64,000 bases of DNA, taken from an uncultured bacterium. Its GTDB lineage: Bacteria; Chloroflexota; UBA5177; JANWHV01. The notes under the pieces were generated by a model. That model was given only the letters and a program-made list of their open reading frames with translations, made no database searches and was not told where the DNA came from. Shown piece after piece: positions 10,664-21,035 of the stretch (positions are counted from its first letter, which is position 1; every line of letters begins with the position of its first letter). The DNA lies in contig CAWHAE010000009.1 of NCBI GenBank assembly GCA_963827235.1, positions 224,001 to 288,000 of the forward strand. Reading direction: 5' to 3'. The translations under genes were made by a program, and so were the position numbers.

Positions 10664-12054
10664 CCACGCTCACCGTCCTGGCGGGCGAGCGAACCATCGG
10701 AGGCACCCAAATCGTGGTCGAAGACGGCGGCGCCCGGCTGCTCTTCGACTGTGGCCTGGTCTACGATCCGGCCGGAGATCCCTTTGCCCAGGTGCGACGG
10801 CGCCCCTGGCGCGTCTTGTCCGACCTGCTGGCCCTGGGACTCGTCCCCGCCGTGCCCGGACTCTACGCTCCCCGCTGGCTCGAGCACCTACCCGCCTCGC
10901 TCTCGCCGGTGCTTGCTGAGTCTGATGGACCGCTGGCAGTTGCGCTCAGTCACTCTCACCTCGATCACTCGCATCTGGCCGGCTTCGCGGATCCATCGGT
11001 GCCGGTCCACTGCACTGGTGCCACCGCCCGCATCGTGGAGGCGCACGGCGTCCTCGGTAGCAGCTTGGCTCCGGCAGCCCATCGCCTCGGAGACGACGCC
11101 GGAGGCGACTTCGCCGTCGGGCCTATGCGCGGGCGGTTGTTGCCGGTCGATCACGACGTGTGCGGCGCCTGTGGTCTCTTGATCGAGACGACTGCCGGCG
11201 CGATCGCCTACTCCGGCGACTTGCGTCTGCACGGGCCCGCTCCCGAGCGCAGCCTGGCATTCGCGCGCGCGGCCAGAGAGTCAGGCGCGCGGCTGCTGAT
11301 CTTGGAAGGAACGCGCCTGTGGCCGCTCGATCCCGGGTCCGGAACGCCGGAGGTTGAGCGGAACGAAGCCGACGTGGCCCCGCTGGTGGCGCGGAAGCTG
11401 GCGGAGGCGCGCCATGCGCTGGGCATCATCGTGCTGATGCCGGACAACGGGGAGCGGGTCGAGGCGCTGGCGCTGGCAGTGCAGGCCGCCGGACGGCTGC
11501 TCGTGCTGGATGCTCATGGCCTGGCATTTGCCGTTGCCGCCTTGGGCCGTCCGCTCGCCACCCCGCATGCCGTGTATGTGCCCTCCGGCCTGGCACGGCT
11601 GCTCGACCGGCAAGGCGACGACACCGGCCTCGCCTGGCTGAGCGCGGTGGTTGCCGCGGCGCCGGCACGCCTCACGGCGCGCGACGTCGCCGCGGATCCC
11701 GGCCGCTTCCTGCTGCGGCTCGACTGGCCGTACTTCGCCGATCTGCTGGATCTCCTGCCGCAGGGCGCCCAAGGAGTGTTGTTCCACGCCAACGGCCTGC
11801 CGTTGGGTTCCTTCGACCCGGCCTGGCGTCAGCTCGAATGGTGGGTGCAGCGCCTCGGCCTGCAGTTTGTCCCGGCGGGGAGCAGCGGGCACGCCACGCC
11901 GGCCGCGTTGACGGAGATATGCCGGGAAAGCGGCGTGCCCGCGGTCATGGCCGTCCACTCGCAGCACCCCGAGCTGCTGGAGACGGGCGGAGCGCGGCGC
12001 GTGCTCCCGGCGCGCGGCCGGCGCTACGACCTCGACCGCCTGCTCGAGCAGTAA
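10660..12054 (+). CDS. Metallo-beta-lactamase-fold hydrolase, beta-CASP / RNase J-like
   Basis: ATGA overlap with the permease; motifs TIGG, FDCG, SHSHLDH, VDHD, YSGDLRLHG, LEGT, SGHA, AVHSQHPE. Confidence 0.85.
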   Translation: MTTLTVLAGERTIGGTQIVVEDGGARLLFDCGLVYDPAGDPFAQVRRRPWRVLSDLLALGLVPAVPGLYAPRWLEHLPASLSPVLAESDGPLAVALSHSHLDHSHLAGFADPSVPVHCTGATARIVEAHGVLGSSLAPAAHRLGDDAGGDFAVGPMRGRLLPVDHDVCGACGLLIETTAGAIAYSGDLRLHGPAPERSLAFARAARESGARLLILEGTRLWPLDPGSGTPEVERNEADVAPLVARKLAEARHALGIIVLMPDNGERVEALALAVQAAGRLLVLDAHGLAFAVAALGRPLATPHAVYVPSGLARLLDRQGDDTGLAWLSAVVAAAPARLTARDVAADPGRFLLRLDWPYFADLLDLLPQGAQGVLFHANGLPLGSFDPAWRQLEWWVQRLGLQFVPAGSSGHATPAALTEICRESGVPAVMAVHSQHPELLETGGARRVLPARGRRYDLDRLLEQ

Positions 12055-12578
12055 AGGCAAAACCGTCATGCCCGCCACTGCAGAGCCATGCGAGCTCATA
12101 CATGGATATTCGTCAGGCACAGGCGAGCCGCCGGGTACTGGACACTCCCCCGTCCCAGCGTTGAAGCGGCATCTTCCGTGAGACCGTCGCCGTTATCTCA
12201 CGCCATAGGTTCGTGGTGGGCCACGCGGCGGTCGCGACACATGACATGTCGACGCCAAGGAGCGGCGGTGCGCACCTACACGCCGCGCTGGCGTGCTCGC
12301 GCGTCGCTCGCCCGTCGCCGGGCACCGCAATCTAAGGCAGCCAGTATGAACAAGCGCACGCAGTCCGTACGACGGCCTGCTTTGAAGTCCTCTCAAAACC
12401 GGACGAGGGCTGTCGCACAGATGAGCGCGGCCCCCAGGTGGAGGAACGCTTCGCCCCTGGTAACAGCTTCGCTCTTCTCCGGCTCATCTCGTGGAGCGCC
12501 GCCTTGCCCGACCACCGACGCTCTGCCATGCTGGAACGAGATTGCTGTCCTGGAGCATCGCGCGGAAGGTGGGAGCAC

Positions 12579-12965
12579 ATGGAGCGAGTCACCGGTCTCG
12601 GCGGAGTCTTCTTTCAGGCAGATGATCCCGAGCGGCTCTATGCCTGGTATGAGCAGCATCTCGGGCTGCGGCGGGAACCGGACGGCCCAGTGATCTTTCG
12701 CTGGCGCCACAGCACGGACGAGGGCAGCCCGGGCATGACCGTGTGGTCGATCTTCCCCACGGATAGCCCGTATTTCGCTCCAAGCCGCTCGCGGCTGATG
12801 CTCAACTATCGCGTGTCCGACCTGGACGGCCTGCTGGCCCGCCTGCAGGAAGAAGGGGTCACGATCGACGAGCGGCGTGAAGACGCAGAGTACGGGCGCT
12901 TTGCCTGGATTATGGATCCGGAAGGTAACCGGGTAGAGCTGTGGGAGCCGCCCGCCGAGCCGTAA
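12579..12965 (+). CDS. VOC (glyoxalase/bleomycin resistance) family protein
   Basis: MERVTGLGGVFF...MLNYRVSDLD...YGRFAWIMDPEGNRVELWEP. Confidence 0.92.
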   Translation: MERVTGLGGVFFQADDPERLYAWYEQHLGLRREPDGPVIFRWRHSTDEGSPGMTVWSIFPTDSPYFAPSRSRLMLNYRVSDLDGLLARLQEEGVTIDERREDAEYGRFAWIMDPEGNRVELWEPPAEP

Positions 12966-13248
12966 TCCGGGCGCCCACGGCGTGCTCTTCAGGTATCGCT
13001 ACTGCTCCCAATCCGGGAGAAGCCCGACCACGTGCCGATCAGGCGGCACCCTTGCCTACAAATACATCAGCTCGCTTGGTCTCTGGGCAACCGCAGCGTG
13101 GCACAGCCACACACTTGGCGCGATCAAGACGCCGTTAGCTCAGTCTTACCCTCCGCAGGAGCCGCGATGCTCTGCGGCCCAAGGTTAGCCGAGTGCCAGT
13201 GTCATGCTCGATGATCGCGGCGGCGAACAGTGCGCCGGCGCTGAGCCG

Positions 13249-13520
13249 TTACCCACCAAACTGGTCCCACCAGAGTGGTCCCACCCTGGCCCAGGTCAGA
13301 GACTCGGCAATCAGGTCCTCATGCGTGTTGTCGATCTGCGACACTATCGGGTTCAGCCGCTGCAGTTGGGTATGGTACGGGCCGGTCTCGAAGATCTCCG
13401 GCCAGGTCTGCGAGGCGGTGAGAGCATTGCCCGGTCCAAGATAGAGGACGGCATCGGCTTGTTGCCCATAATGGCTCTGCGCCGCGGAGATCACCCGGTT
13501 ACCCCACGTTGGTGTGCCGG
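13249..13520 (-). pseudogene. 3' remnant of an unidentified protein
   Basis: Protein-like stretch QQADAVLYLGPGNALTAS with no credible start. Confidence 0.3.
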
Positions 13521-13608
13521 CCAGCCAGGTGCCGCTAAGGGTCACCGATGAATGGCCTTGCGCATGCCCTGCGGGGAACAACAGATTCAGGCCCGACGAT
13601 TCAATCGG

Positions 13609-15229
13609 TTAGCGCCTAAGGAGGCTCAACGCTTTGGCGATATCCGGATCCCTTCCGCTCGATAGGTCGTTGGCAGTCCTCGGAACGTAGTAGTCAGGCG
13701 CCACTCCGATGCCGTTGATCACCTCGTGATCCGGGCCTAGTTCATGGCGCGCGGGCAGCGCCAGGAGGCTCCCGTCGTCAAGAAGGTAGCCCGCTGCCGG
13801 GCCAGACGCGATCCCGGCAGTGCGAGTGCCTACCAGGGTACCCAGGTGCAGGTCCTTGACGGCCGCAGCAAAGGCATCACAGGCGGAGACGCAGTTGCGG
13901 TCGGTGAGGACGATCAAGGGCAGGTGCAGCAACGGGGCAGAATCGTCGGTATGGTTGGCAGTGCAGCCATGCCGCACGGCACAGTCATAGCTCGAGACTT
14001 TGCCGCGCGTGAAAGCGCCGAGCAATCTCGCTACCTCGTCCGGTGAGCCTCCGCCGTTGCCCCTCAGGTCCAGAATGACCCCGCGCAGCTTGCTCTTGCC
14101 CCCGAGGTCCAAGAATCGCCGTCAGCACCTCGTCGGCAACGCCGGGCTCGAAGTTGCTCATGGCCACGTAGGCGACATCGCCAGCCAACTTCGAGCTGAC
14201 CACGTTCGTCGCGACATAGTCGGCCTCGAACGCCTGCGGCTGCATGCGCACCGTCCACGTCCGCCCCGTTGCCGGACGATGGAAGGTGATGCGGAGCGCC
14301 TGGCTCTGAGGATATGCCTGCGAGAGCAGATCGACGACGCCTGCCGACACCAGGCCGTCCACGAACGGCGGCACGCCATCCACGGAGACAATCACATCTC
14401 CCGGCCGCAAGCCCGCCTGTAGAGCCGGACCACCGTCGACGGTGGTGACGAACATAGGCCCCAGCGCCTCTGCCGGTGCAACGGCCGCCAGAGTGAGCGC
14501 CGGAGAGGTCTGAAGGCCAAGTCCATACGGCGCTCCGTCTGGCGCAAGGAGCGGGTAGTCCCACCAGGCATGGTTGTCTCCTAGGCTCTCCACCATGCCG
14601 GTCATGGTAGCGGCGGCAAGCTCCTGGCGCAGTGTCGCACGCGCCGGTAGCTCGCGCTCGACAGTGCCATACACCCTCGCAAAGGCGCGCCAGTCCGCCT
14701 GGCGGTCGCCCGTAAGCGCCGGCAACGTAGCACCGCCGTCATCCATCCCGAGACGTTCGAGCTCCTGCGTGAACCCGGCGAAGGCACCGACCAGCAAGGT
14801 CGCGTCGTCGAGCACGGGCCCCGCGTAGTAGTAAGCGAAAATGCAATCGTAGGCCTGTTGGATGGTGCCGATCGTGGTGGGCGCCAGCGGCGCGACCGAG
14901 GTGGCCAGGTCGCACATCGGCGGCGATTCAGGCCCGACCGCCGCGTTCCCGTACTGCGTATTGCCGGCAGGGACCAGCGACTTCAGGGTCGTCCCCGACG
15001 CGGATGCCTGCGACGCGAGGAATGATGACGCGTGCAAGGTCCCGCAAGCTACCACCAGCGAGCACACCAAACCCAGTGCCCAGCACCAATGCAGCCGATG
15101 CAACCGGCTACGCCGGCGCTTGCGGCCCGTCGTCGGATCCTCTGTCCTGGTCAGTGCTCCCCGGGAGTCGTAGCTGCCATCCCGGCTCTCTGCGTGTCCG
15201 AGGTCTCGATCGATGCTGTTGCCACACAT
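13609..15229 (-). CDS. Secreted S41 (tail-specific) peptidase with PDZ domain; +1 frameshift at ~14115
   Basis: GGPALQAGLRPGDVIVSVDG (PDZ) in ORF 13985-15520; ILDLRGNGGG, CVSACDAF, GTRTAG, GIGVAPD in ORF 13609-14112; start uncertain. Confidence 0.85.
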
Positions 15230-15405
15230 CCTCGTATACCTCCTGCCGATGCCACTTCTGCTCCCACGTTGCCGAGGAGCTGCCGGGCCGAGCGCACTTA
15301 TGCGAGCGGCAACCGGCTGGTTCGCGGGCATGGCCGACCCGATTGTAGCAGCGTTGATCCCTCGGTCACCCCCCCCCCGCTTGGCCGAAGAGCGGCACAC
15401 GCGGT

Positions 15406-16692
15406 CTATAGCCACGGCTCCAACTGCGTCAACAGTCTGGCCGCCGCGACCTGTCCCGTCCCGTCGTTGTCGCCATTGACAATGATCACGATGGTCGCGC
15501 GCCGGTTCGGCAGGTACCACATCTCGGTCGTGTAACCGGGCAAACCGCCGTCATGCCCAATGAGGTTGGTCGTCGCTGACCCCGCAAACGCTGCCAGGGC
15601 GAGGCCGTATATCCCACCACCCGGCGCCCCGATCGACTGCATGCTCCAGTCCACACGCTGAGCTTGGAGCTTCGCGCTCAAGAGCTTGCCCGTGGCCAGC
15701 GCCTGCGCCCAGACGTGCAGATCATCCAGCGTCGACACCACCGCGCCTGCCGAGCCGCCCCAGGACAGGTCCTTGTACCTCACGTCCACCACGGCCGAAC
15801 GCCCGGGCAGCGTCGTGTACCCGTGCAAGGAGGGCGGAGGCACGGCGGCGTCAGCACGCAGGTAGGTATGTGTGAGATGCAGCGGACGCAGAATCTTCTC
15901 CTGCAACAGCTCCGCGAGTGACTGGCCCGTGACCTTCTCCAGCAGCATGCCCAGAATGATGAAGTTGGTGTTGGAGTAGTGAAAGCTGCTGCCCGGTCGG
16001 AAGTAGAGCCTGTGCTTGGCCGCCACGGCCAGCAAGGCCTGCGGCTGCCAGGTCCGAGCACAGGTGGCCTGACTGCCCGTCACCGTGCAGGAGTCGAACT
16101 CTTGCCGATCCCAGGCCGCGTCCTCGGTGTAGTTGAAGATGCCGCTCGTGTGGCCGAGCAGCTCGCGAACGGTCACCTGGCGGGCATCGGGCACCTGCGG
16201 CAGCCAGCGCCCAATCGGCGCATCCAGTGCAAGCCTGTCAGCGTCCACGAGCTGTAGCACGAGCGTACCGATAAAGGTCTTGGTAATGCTGCCTACATAC
16301 GTGCTGTCCGTCAGTCGCGCCGGTCGCTTCGTCGCCACATCGGCCATGCCCGCCGCATACGTCCAACTGCCGTGACCCGGCTCCCACATGCCCACGATCG
16401 CGCCCGGCATCGTCGGGCCGAGCGCCTCGTTCACGGTATCCCGCAGCGTCTTCTGGACCGCAGGTGGAAACCAGTTGCCGCCGGCTGCGCGCGCCGGCGT
16501 GGCGTCGCCAGTGGGCATGCCCACGGCGATCAGCCCAACTGCGGCGACCAACCGGAGCGCGAAGCGCCAGTGTGGGCAATTCTTGGCTGCCGACACGGGG
16601 ACTGCAGCGGGAATACGTGCTGCGACCCAGTTCGTATGGCGCAGCAGGAAACGAAGCACCCGAGTAACGACCAGCGACCAAGGTGAGCACAT
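15406..16692 (-). CDS. Secreted serine hydrolase, beta-lactamase / D-Ala-D-Ala carboxypeptidase family
   Basis: SxxK (GSITK), LLGHTSG, YSN, GHDGG; signal-like segment ending PARA; start uncertain. Confidence 0.9.
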   Translation of the reverse strand: MCSPWSLVVTRVLRFLLRHTNWVAARIPAAVPVSAAKNCPHWRFALRLVAAVGLIAVGMPTGDATPARAAGGNWFPPAVQKTLRDTVNEALGPTMPGAIVGMWEPGHGSWTYAAGMADVATKRPARLTDSTYVGSITKTFIGTLVLQLVDADRLALDAPIGRWLPQVPDARQVTVRELLGHTSGIFNYTEDAAWDRQEFDSCTVTGSQATCARTWQPQALLAVAAKHRLYFRPGSSFHYSNTNFIILGMLLEKVTGQSLAELLQEKILRPLHLTHTYLRADAAVPPPSLHGYTTLPGRSAVVDVRYKDLSWGGSAGAVVSTLDDLHVWAQALATGKLLSAKLQAQRVDWSMQSIGAPGGGIYGLALAAFAGSATTNLIGHDGGLPGYTTEMWYLPNRRATIVIIVNGDNDGTGQVAAARLLTQLEPWL

Positions 16693-17006
16693 CCTGCTAA
16701 GTCCTTTCGCGTGAACTGCTGCAAAGGCTGCTGCGCGTGGCGCTGTCCGGCACAAGCATAGCGCATTCCTCAGCCCGGGCGGGGAGTATCGCTTTCACGA
16801 CGCACACTGCGCGGACACTATGCAACGGCATCAGAACGAGGCACACGAGACCTGCGCTTCTACCGATCATGGCAATTGTCGCCGGCAGACCGTTGGTGCC
16901 CGTGCTCTCCGGCTTCGTCGACGTTGCATATTCACTCATGTGTCGGGTTCGGGGACGCTGCCCCTACTAGGAGTAGAGGCTTCCCGCTGCCCGCCCACAA
17001 CTGGCC

Positions 17007-17240
17007 GTGCTGGCGCCCTTACGCACGCCGTGCCTGGTGATGTTCGATATCGCAGCCGACCGAAGCCTGTCCAACCGGCGAGTCTGGGCTGAGAGTGTCG
17101 GCACGGACGCCATCTGCATGGGCGCCGAGGGCACGCTCTGGGTCCAGACCGCAGGCCATCCCGAGGGTGCTGTCGTCCGCATCCGCGAGGGCGGCGAGAT
17201 GCTCGCGCGGATCCAGCATGATCGCACCATTGGCGGATCT
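17007..17240 (+). pseudogene. SMP-30/gluconolactonase family remnant
   Basis: FDIAADRSLSNRRVWAE..DAICMGAEGTLWV...VRIREGGE with both ends missing. Confidence 0.65.
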
Positions 17241-17781
17241 CCCGGGCGTCCTGTGCCGCGGTCAGCAGCGGTCGATCGGCGGCGAGCGCCCGGGCGCGAT
17301 TGCTGTGCATGATGGGGCTGTCGGGATCGGCGTGCTCGAGTAGGGCGGAGACAATGTCGCAGGATGCCTGGCAACGAACGGCTCATCGCCGTTGAGCGTT
17401 GGGGAACCCAGCGGCACGCTGCCTTGCGTCCGACCAGGTGACCGTCGTGGCGAGCGCGTGGAAAGCACCGCTGGCCTGTTTGCCGTAGAGCGTCACCTGC
17501 AAGGACGGTTCCACGGTGGCCGGTGGATCGGGCGCTAGAGCACGCCGGAGATCGTCACCGACGCCAGCGTCATGCGCTGGTCGGTCGACCGGGCACGTGC
17601 CAGTTCACCCTCGTGCGCGGGCGGCGTGCATTCTGGCATGCTTTCTAGTAGTACGCCGTCTGCCACGGCGGTGGCCGGCGTGGCACGCTGCTCCGTGCAA
17701 GGGGGACGTGGTGCACCGCTGTGGTTGCCGCCCGTGCGGAGCGGTGCGTGCTGGGAGCAGCAAGGAAGGGAGTTTGCCTGC

Positions 17782-19731
17782 ATGCGCAACGTGACCCACA
17801 GCCCTACTCGGCTTCGGCAGATCCTAGTCCTCACCGTAGCAGCGTGCCGTACCGCTCTCGGCCGCTTCATCGTGGCCCTGGGGCTCGCGATCATCGGCGC
17901 GCTCCCCATGGCAAGTCCCACGGCCCACGCGGCTCGAGCGCTCCTTGCTGCACCTACGTTCCCCGGTCCACAGTATGGCACAGCAGGCACGGCCGCGATC
18001 ACGCCGGCCGATTTCTCATTCCAATGCAATACCGGACCCACGAACGCCCGGGTCAGCGCGGCCGGCGTCGCCGTGGCGGCCGGCCAGGGCATTTTCTCGC
18101 TCGGCTGCGGTCAAGCGCAGATCCTGCTCAACACCCCGGCGTCCGGCTACTTCCGGGCCGCCGTCGCCGTCGCCGACACGGCCCCGGCCGGGAGCAAGGC
18201 CAATCTCCAACTGCTGGTACTCGGTCCAGGCGGCTTCAACATCCACAGCGCCTTCGTGCAGGTCGCCAAGGGCATGACGCGGCAGGTCGACGTCGACGTC
18301 GCAGGTGGCGTGGCCCTGGCGATTACCTTTGCGCAGGCCCCTACCGTGCTCTACCAGCTGCAGCTGACCGGGCTAGCCCGGACGCTCCGGCCCGTGCCCA
18401 TGCATGGCACCGGCATGCCGGCCGGGGCCACCCCGGTGCCCAAAGCCGCTGTCCGCTTCAGCTGTAACGCTGGCCCCGCCAACCAACAGGTCACCATCAG
18501 CGATGTGAGCGTGCCGCTCACCGGCACGTACCAGTTCGTGGGCTGCGGGACGATCACCGTGCCGCTCTCGGCAGGCGCGGGTGGGACGCTCGCCCTACGC
18601 TATGGCACGGACGAGACGCTCACCAACTACACGTCCATTCCCGCGGAGGTGGACTTGCGGGTGCTGGATGCAAGCGGCCACCTGCTGCGCAAGGCCATCG
18701 GCCTCTCCTATGTCGCCAGCGGCCTGCAGGCGCTCTGGGTCGATACCCGTGGCGGCAGCACCGCCACCCTGACCCAGGAGACTGGTGCCGAGGTGCTCTC
18801 TGTGACGAGCTTGAGCTTCCTGCCGGGGCACTACGCGCCGCACCCGAATCCGAACCATCAGGAGTTCGGCAGTCCCAGCGGCGGAGCGGTAGATATCGCG
18901 GCCGATGCCCTGGTCAATGTCTGCAATGCGAGCGTGGGCACGAACGATATCTCGGTCGCCCACCAAGATGTCCCCCGCGACAGTTACGTGAATATCATCG
19001 GCTGCGGTATGACCGAGCTGATCATGACCAACGCCCACGGGCACTTCCACGCGCGCTTCGGCATCAACGATGCCAGCACGAACCCGAACAATCAGGAGAC
19101 GGTGACGCTGGTCACGCTGGATCAGAACAGCCATCCGCTCCTCAAGGTCACCGTCAGTGCCAAACACGGCGGGCCGGCCGCGACGCTGGATGCGAGCATT
19201 GACGGCGCCAGCCTGCTCGAAGTCCAAAGTGTCTCGGGTGGCGGCCTCGGGGTGCTCTTCGACATGACCCTGACCGGCCATGCCACCCTCTACGATCGCG
19301 TCTTCCCACCCAGCGAGCCGCCGCTCAGCACGGCAGGGGGCACGCCCGTCGATCCGCGCGGCTTTGCGCTGGCGTGTAACGTGGGGGTGACCACGCAGGA
19401 CACCCTGCTGATCCATCAGGCTGCACTCGAGCAATGGTCGCTGTCGCTCACTGGCTGCAGCACGGCGACGCTGGACGTCGCCAAGCTGCCCGCGCCGCAT
19501 CGGCTGTTCAGCGTGCTCTATGGCCTCACCGTGCAAGACCAGCACTACGGCATCGGCCACCTGCGGCTGTCAGTGCTGGACACGACCGGCAAGGTGCTGC
19601 GCACGGTGTTGGGCGTCACGCGCGCGGGCTATGGCCCGCGGCGGCTCGCCATCAGCCTGGCCGGCGGCGTCAAGCTCCAGATTGCGGGAGTCGACGCCCC
19701 GCTCACGGTCTTTGCCTTGACAACTGCCTGA
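17782..19731 (+). CDS. Secreted protein of four tandem NPCBM/NEW2-like domains
   Basis: AAGGGAG RBS; signal peptide ending AHA; four ~140-aa repeats, each with CN...GC and F.A..G..D...(V/L)D..GG..L patterns. Confidence 0.7.
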   Translation: MRNVTHSPTRLRQILVLTVAACRTALGRFIVALGLAIIGALPMASPTAHAARALLAAPTFPGPQYGTAGTAAITPADFSFQCNTGPTNARVSAAGVAVAAGQGIFSLGCGQAQILLNTPASGYFRAAVAVADTAPAGSKANLQLLVLGPGGFNIHSAFVQVAKGMTRQVDVDVAGGVALAITFAQAPTVLYQLQLTGLARTLRPVPMHGTGMPAGATPVPKAAVRFSCNAGPANQQVTISDVSVPLTGTYQFVGCGTITVPLSAGAGGTLALRYGTDETLTNYTSIPAEVDLRVLDASGHLLRKAIGLSYVASGLQALWVDTRGGSTATLTQETGAEVLSVTSLSFLPGHYAPHPNPNHQEFGSPSGGAVDIAADALVNVCNASVGTNDISVAHQDVPRDSYVNIIGCGMTELIMTNAHGHFHARFGINDASTNPNNQETVTLVTLDQNSHPLLKVTVSAKHGGPAATLDASIDGASLLEVQSVSGGGLGVLFDMTLTGHATLYDRVFPPSEPPLSTAGGTPVDPRGFALACNVGVTTQDTLLIHQAALEQWSLSLTGCSTATLDVAKLPAPHRLFSVLYGLTVQDQHYGIGHLRLSVLDTTGKVLRTVLGVTRAGYGPRRLAISLAGGVKLQIAGVDAPLTVFALTTA

Positions 19732-19943
19732 CGTGGGGTGAGCGACGCTGCCGGCGAACAGCTGATCGGCATGCCGGCAGCGTCGAGGCGCCGCCCGCGC
19801 TTCGACGTTGCAGCACGTCACGCCGGCGTTCGGGGGTACGACGGAGTGGGTCCATCTACGCGTCCGACGGTCCCGGCGCGGTGGAACGCGTCCGGCCACC
19901 TGTGGTTATACGGCACGATCTCGATCACTCTCCTCCCTCGTTA

Positions 19944-21035
19944 CTAGGACGGATGAACCAAACGGCCAGGACTGCCTACCTCCACGGAGGGCCCGAAGGG
20001 GCTGCTGCGGGCTGCCTCTTCGGCGAAGTGGCAAGCCACTCCGTGGCCCTCAGCGACACGCCGGAGGAGCGGCTCTTGTGTGCGGCAGAGTTCTTGGGCG
20101 AGCGGGCAGCGGGTGTGGAACCGGCACCCCGGGGGCGGCGCCAATGCGCTCGGTACTTCCCCAGAGACCACCGCCCGGCGTTTGCTGCGGCTGAGTGCCG
20201 GGTCAGGGATGGGGACAGCCGAGAACAGAGCCTGGGTGTACGGGTGGTGGGGGCCGGTGTAGAGCGAGTCGCGATCAGCGATTTCGACGATCTTGCCCAG
20301 GTACATTATGGCCACGCTGTCGCTCATCGCGCCTACGACGGCGAGGTCGTGGGCAATAAACAGGTAGGAGAGGCCAAAGCGGATCTGAAGGTCGGTCAAC
20401 AGCTGGAGGATCTGGGCCTGGATCGACACGTCAAGAGCGGAGACCGGCTCGTCCAGCACGATCAGGCTCGGATCCCCAGCCAGCGCCCGGGCGATCCCGA
20501 TGCGTTGGCACTGGCCGCCGCTGAACTCGTGGGGAAAGCGCGATACGGCATCAGTCGGGAGACCCACCAACTCGAGCAGCTCCTCCACGCGTCGGCGGCG
20601 CTCCTTGCGCGGCATGAGGTTGTGGACTGTGAGCGGCTCACCGATGAGCTGGCCTACCGTGTGCCGCGGGTTCAGCGCGCCGACCGGGTCCTGGAAGACG
20701 ATCTGCATTTTCCGGCGCAGCTCGGTCAGCGCGCTTCGGCCGAGCTGGGACAGGTCACGCCCCTCAAAGCGGACCGTGCCCGCAGTCGGCCGGTTGAGAT
20801 AGAGCACCGCTCGGCCGGTGGTCGATTTACCGCACCCGCTTTCTCCGACGAGGCCGAGGGTCTTGTGATTTTCGAGCACGAAGCTGACACCGTCGACAGC
20901 GTGGACTGTTTCGCGGCTGCGGAAGATCTTGCCCGGGCCGCGAATGTGGTAGTGCACCACGAGCCCCTCTACCTGGAGCAGCGGAGTCTCGGCCGCGCTC
21001 GGATCCTCCGTCGCCCGGATGGCGCCAGTGCTCAT
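19944..21035 (-). CDS. oppF: Oligopeptide/dipeptide ABC ATPase, OppF type
   Basis: GESGCGKST, FSGGQCQRIGIARAL, DEPVSALD, HPYT, GCRFHTRCP. Confidence 0.92.
   Translation of the reverse strand: MSTGAIRATEDPSAAETPLLQVEGLVVHYHIRGPGKIFRSRETVHAVDGVSFVLENHKTLGLVGESGCGKSTTGRAVLYLNRPTAGTVRFEGRDLSQLGRSALTELRRKMQIVFQDPVGALNPRHTVGQLIGEPLTVHNLMPRKERRRRVEELLELVGLPTDAVSRFPHEFSGGQCQRIGIARALAGDPSLIVLDEPVSALDVSIQAQILQLLTDLQIRFGLSYLFIAHDLAVVGAMSDSVAIMYLGKIVEIADRDSLYTGPHHPYTQALFSAVPIPDPALSRSKRRAVVSGEVPSALAPPPGCRFHTRCPLAQELCRTQEPLLRRVAEGHGVACHFAEEAARSSPFGPSVEVGSPGRLVHPS

Noticed and set aside
12055-12350. GGCAAAACC and TCTAAGGCAGCCAG resembling parts of a c-di-GMP-I riboswitch
   Set aside because: The pieces are about 270 nt apart and lack the GAAA-tetraloop stem arrangement
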